Shown here: in pieces, positions 61,164 through 64,000 of the stretch | Layout: every line of letters starts with the position of its first letter | How positions within the stretch are numbered: position 1 is the stretch's first letter | NCBI GenBank assembly: GCA_002705795.1 | Contig: PAHG01000022.1 | Span: 44,943-108,942, forward strand | DNA length: 64,000 nt | Reading direction: 5' to 3' | DNA from: Gammaproteobacteria bacterium | Lineage (GTDB): Bacteria > Pseudomonadota > Gammaproteobacteria > Pseudomonadales > Litorivicinaceae | The notes under the pieces: generated by a model | Database searches by the model: none | What the model saw: only the letters and a program-made list of their open reading frames with translations | What the model was told of the DNA's origin: nothing | Position numbers and translations under genes: made by a program

Positions 61164-62228
61164 TCAGGAAATCCTCGGATCCAATTCGCCTTCAGAATAG
61201 CGGCCTACCATAGTTTCAAGACCGATAACCTTGATCCTCGGTGCCTGACCTGCGCAACCAAAAGCCTCGTAGCGAGTTTTAACAATTTCACTCATCGCTT
61301 TTGTGGCTTCGCTTAGGTATTTCCGCGGATCAAATTCGGCTCGATTTTTCGCAAGATATCGACGAATCGCGCCAGTAGACGCCAAACGCAGATCAGTATC
61401 GATATTTACCTTGCGGACGCCGTGCTTGATACCCTCCTGAATCTCCTCTACTGGAACCCCATAAGTTTCTGGTATTTCACCACCAAACTCATTAATCACA
61501 GCGAGCCATTCTTGCGGAACCGAGCTCGATCCATGCATCACGAGATGCGTGTCTGGAATCCGTTTATGGATCGCCTTGATTCGGTCGATCGCGAGAATGT
61601 CTCCGGTCGGTGGACGGGTGAACTTATAGGCACCGTGCGAAGTTCCGATGGCTATCGCAAGTGCATCGACCTGGGTCGCCTTGACAAAATCTGCTGCCTC
61701 GTCAGGATCAGTCAACATCTGATCATGCGACAAGGTGCCTTCTGCACCGACACCGTCTTCCTCGCCCGCCTGCCCAGTTTCCAACGAACCCAAACATCCG
61801 AGCTCACCCTCAACCGAGACTCCACATGCGTGAGCCATCCGTGTTGTTAATGCAGTCACTTCCACATTATAGGCGTAGCTAGCAGGTGTTTTTTGATCTG
61901 GCATCAGTGAGCCGTCCATCATGACAGACGAGAAGCCTAATTGAATCGATTGCTGACAGACATCTGGCGATGCTCCGTGGTCTTGATGCATACATACCGG
62001 GAGATGAGGAAATTCCTCAATAGCTGCTTCGATTAGGTGGCTCAGGAATCTGCTTCCCGCATATTTTCTGGCGCCAGCGGAGGCTTGTACTATAACGGGC
62101 GCCTCAACGGCATCGGCGGCCTCCATAATTGCGCGCATCTGCTCGAGGTTATTCACATTGAATGCTGGAACCCCATAACCGTGCTCAGCGGCATGGTCCA
62201 ATAATTGGCGCAAACTGATTAATGCCAT
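61164..62228 (-). CDS. fba: Class II fructose-bisphosphate aldolase (Calvin-cycle/FbaA type)
   Basis: [27 protein letters not shown]... with Zn ligands (HQDHG, ..GTSHGAYKF). Confidence 0.92.
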   Translation of the reverse strand: MALISLRQLLDHAAEHGYGVPAFNVNNLEQMRAIMEAADAVEAPVIVQASAGARKYAGSRFLSHLIEAAIEEFPHLPVCMHQDHGASPDVCQQSIQLGFSSVMMDGSLMPDQKTPASYAYNVEVTALTTRMAHACGVSVEGELGCLGSLETGQAGEEDGVGAEGTLSHDQMLTDPDEAADFVKATQVDALAIAIGTSHGAYKFTRPPTGDILAIDRIKAIHKRIPDTHLVMHGSSSVPQEWLAVINEFGGEIPETYGVPVEEIQEGIKHGVRKVNIDTDLRLASTGAIRRYLAKNRAEFDPRKYLSEATKAMSEIVKTRYEAFGCAGQAPRIKVIGLETMVGRYSEGELDPRIS

Positions 62229-62237
62229 GACAGCTCC

Positions 62238-63395
62238 TTATGGATTACTTCTGGTCTTCAACATTTGAACTGCTGGAAGCTCTTTTCCTTCGACAAATTC
62301 GAGGAAAGCACCACCGCCGGTCGAGATATAACTGATTTGATCAGTAATTCCAAACTGTTCAATCGCTGCCAAGGTATCACCCCCACCCGCGAGACTAAAT
62401 CCGTCACTCGAAGCGATCGCCTCCGAAAGCGCTCGCGTTCCACCTTGAAACTGAGGAAACTCAAACACGCCAACCGGCCCATTCCACAGAATAGTCTTTG
62501 CTGATGCCAGCATGCCTCGATACAAGGCCTGCGTATCTGGGCCTATATCCAGAATCATATCGGCATCTGCGACATCTTCGACTCGCTTGACTGTCGCTGT
62601 GGCATCAGCAGCAAACTCAGTCGCGACCACGACATCAACAGGCAGTGGGATATCCGTTGTTGACATCAATTGGTGGGCGGTACCGATCAATTCTCCCTCC
62701 ATCAAAGATCTACCCACAGGGAAGCCCGCGGCAGCCAAAAATGTGTTAGCGATCCCCCCACCAACAACGATCTGATCTACTTGCTTTGCGAGTTCTCTCA
62801 GCACTTCAAGCTTAGTGGACACTTTGGAGCCACCAACAATCGCCACAGCAGGCCGCTCCGGATTTGCAAGAGCTTTCCCAAGAGCATCGAGCTCTGCTGC
62901 CATCAGTGGACCAGCCGCCACTTCAGGAGCAAATCTACCAACGCCACACGTAGACGCATGCGCGCGGTGTGCTGTTCCGAAGGCATCCATCAAATATATG
63001 TCACAGAGAGAAGCCATCTTCCTTGCCAATGCTTCATTGTTTTGCTTTTCGCCTCTCAGATAACGCACGTTTTCAAGTAGTACCAGATCGTCGGTTTGCT
63101 CAAACCCGTCAATCCAGTCCGTGATCAGTGGAACATGTCTACCTAGTTTGTGGGACAATATTTTTGCCACCGGTGCCAAGCTAAATTCTGGCTCGCACAC
63201 ACCTTCTTTTGGACGACCTGAGTGGCTCATCACGGCAACTCTTGCACCCTTTCCAAGCAATGCTTCAATCGTCGGTAGCGCTGCATCAATCCTGGCTGTT
63301 GAAGCTACTCGGCCATCTCTGAATGGAACATTTAGGTCTTGGCGAACCAACACGCGCTTTCCTTGCACCATTAGTTCAGACATAGTTTTTATCAT
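62238..63395 (-). CDS. pgk: Phosphoglycerate kinase
   Basis: [14 protein letters not shown]-terminal motif and the C-terminal STGGGA..EF..GK motif. Confidence 0.93.
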   Translation of the reverse strand: MIKTMSELMVQGKRVLVRQDLNVPFRDGRVASTARIDAALPTIEALLGKGARVAVMSHSGRPKEGVCEPEFSLAPVAKILSHKLGRHVPLITDWIDGFEQTDDLVLLENVRYLRGEKQNNEALARKMASLCDIYLMDAFGTAHRAHASTCGVGRFAPEVAAGPLMAAELDALGKALANPERPAVAIVGGSKVSTKLEVLRELAKQVDQIVVGGGIANTFLAAAGFPVGRSLMEGELIGTAHQLMSTTDIPLPVDVVVATEFAADATATVKRVEDVADADMILDIGPDTQALYRGMLASAKTILWNGPVGVFEFPQFQGGTRALSEAIASSDGFSLAGGGDTLAAIEQFGITDQISYISTGGGAFLEFVEGKELPAVQMLKTRSNP

Positions 63396-63400
63396 CCAAA

Positions 63401-64000
63401 TTACGCTCTAGAAATGGACTGCCAATGTAACAATAAATCAACGACACGATTGGAATATCCCCATTCGTTGTCATACCAAAACAGCAACTTCACTAGCCGT
63501 CCGTTAACCATCAACTGGGTTGCATCAAAAATTGATGATGCGGGATTATGGTTGAAATCAATCGAGACCAGCGGGTCTTCATTAACAGCAAACAACCCGC
63601 CCTGAATTTGTGACCACTGATACATCGCCCCCATGATTTCGGTTTCCGTTACTTCGCGACTAAATTCCACAGTTAAATCTACACAAGATACATTTTGCGT
63701 GGGAACGCGCATCGAATATCCCTGAATCCGTCCAGACAGCTCGGGCATAACCCACTCTAGTGCTCTAATGGCATTGGTAGTCGTAGGAATCATTGAGCTA
63801 TGTGCAGAGCGACCACGGCGCGGGTCCTTATGCGCGCTATCGATCAACACTTGATCATTGGTAACCGAGTGGATTGTGGTGTAGAGCCCGCGTTCGATCT
63901 CAAGCGATTGGGTCAGGCCAGACACCCCCAACGCGAGACAATTAGTCGTACAGCTGGCCGCAGAAATGACTCGATGTGAGTCGGAGAGGCTACTGTGATT
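63401..64000 (-). CDS. Glyceraldehyde-3-phosphate / erythrose-4-phosphate dehydrogenase, C-terminal part; the gene continues past the right edge
   Basis: The reading frame is open to the window end and includes the SCTTNC active site (my translation ...[15 protein letters not shown]...) and [15 protein letters not shown]. It sits in gap/epd-pgk-fba operon order. Confidence 0.85.
   Translation of the reverse strand, partial: NHSSLSDSHRVISAASCTTNCLALGVSGLTQSLEIERGLYTTIHSVTNDQVLIDSAHKDPRRGRSAHSSMIPTTTNAIRALEWVMPELSGRIQGYSMRVPTQNVSCVDLTVEFSREVTETEIMGAMYQWSQIQGGLFAVNEDPLVSIDFNHNPASSIFDATQLMVNGRLVKLLFWYDNEWGYSNRVVDLLLHWQSISRA

Overview
The window is a tightly packed, mostly housekeeping chromosomal segment. 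Gene order matches the yje/ygf neighbourhoods of E. coli and Pseudomonas, so I infer a gammaproteobacterium. I recognise about 70 genes.

Genes recognised:
- RNA and translation: rnr-rlmB, rsgA, hflX/K/C, hfq, miaA, tsaE, queG, orn, glnS, rpsF-rpsR-rplI, and efp with epmA and epmB.
- Replication and repair: dnaB, mutL, parC.
- Envelope and division: amiB, murQ, psd, zapA.
- Metabolism: purA, hisZ, serB, serA, ilvA, rpiA, ribE, ubiH/ubiI, pepP, and fba-pgk-gap.
- Transport and cofactor assembly: an AapJQMP-type amino-acid ABC transporter and a complete suf Fe-S assembly locus with its Rrf2 regulator.
- A small sulfur-handling module: split YeeE/YedE, a persulfide-dioxygenase-like MBL protein, a DUF442 protein and SulP.
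- RNA genes: tRNA-Leu(CAG) and 6S RNA.

I found no CRISPR array, intact IS element, prophage or recognisable defence system. I do not see convincing evidence for a large novel system.

Observations worth a second look:
1. The classical tsaE-amiB-mutL-miaA-hfq-hflXKC-hisZ-purA-rnr-rpsF-rplI-dnaB block is all present but scrambled. hfq and dnaB have moved.
2. A 3 kb islet splits mutL from miaA. It holds the tRNA, a decayed acidic ORF, a lone dehydrogenase and a secreted protein with three tandem repeats of about 98 aa.
3. An orphan 159-aa ORF sits in the amiB-mutL junction.
4. One YeeE/YedE half-gene is frameshifted.
5. A MerR/B12-binding regulator has 11-bp-phased direct repeats in a promoter region shared with a membrane J-domain protein.
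6. An unannotated 30-aa hydrophobic ORF lies downstream of ilvA.

Limits: the ORF track reports the longest ATG/GTG/TTG ORFs, so several starts were trimmed by hand. Hand-counted coordinates may be off by 1-2 nt.
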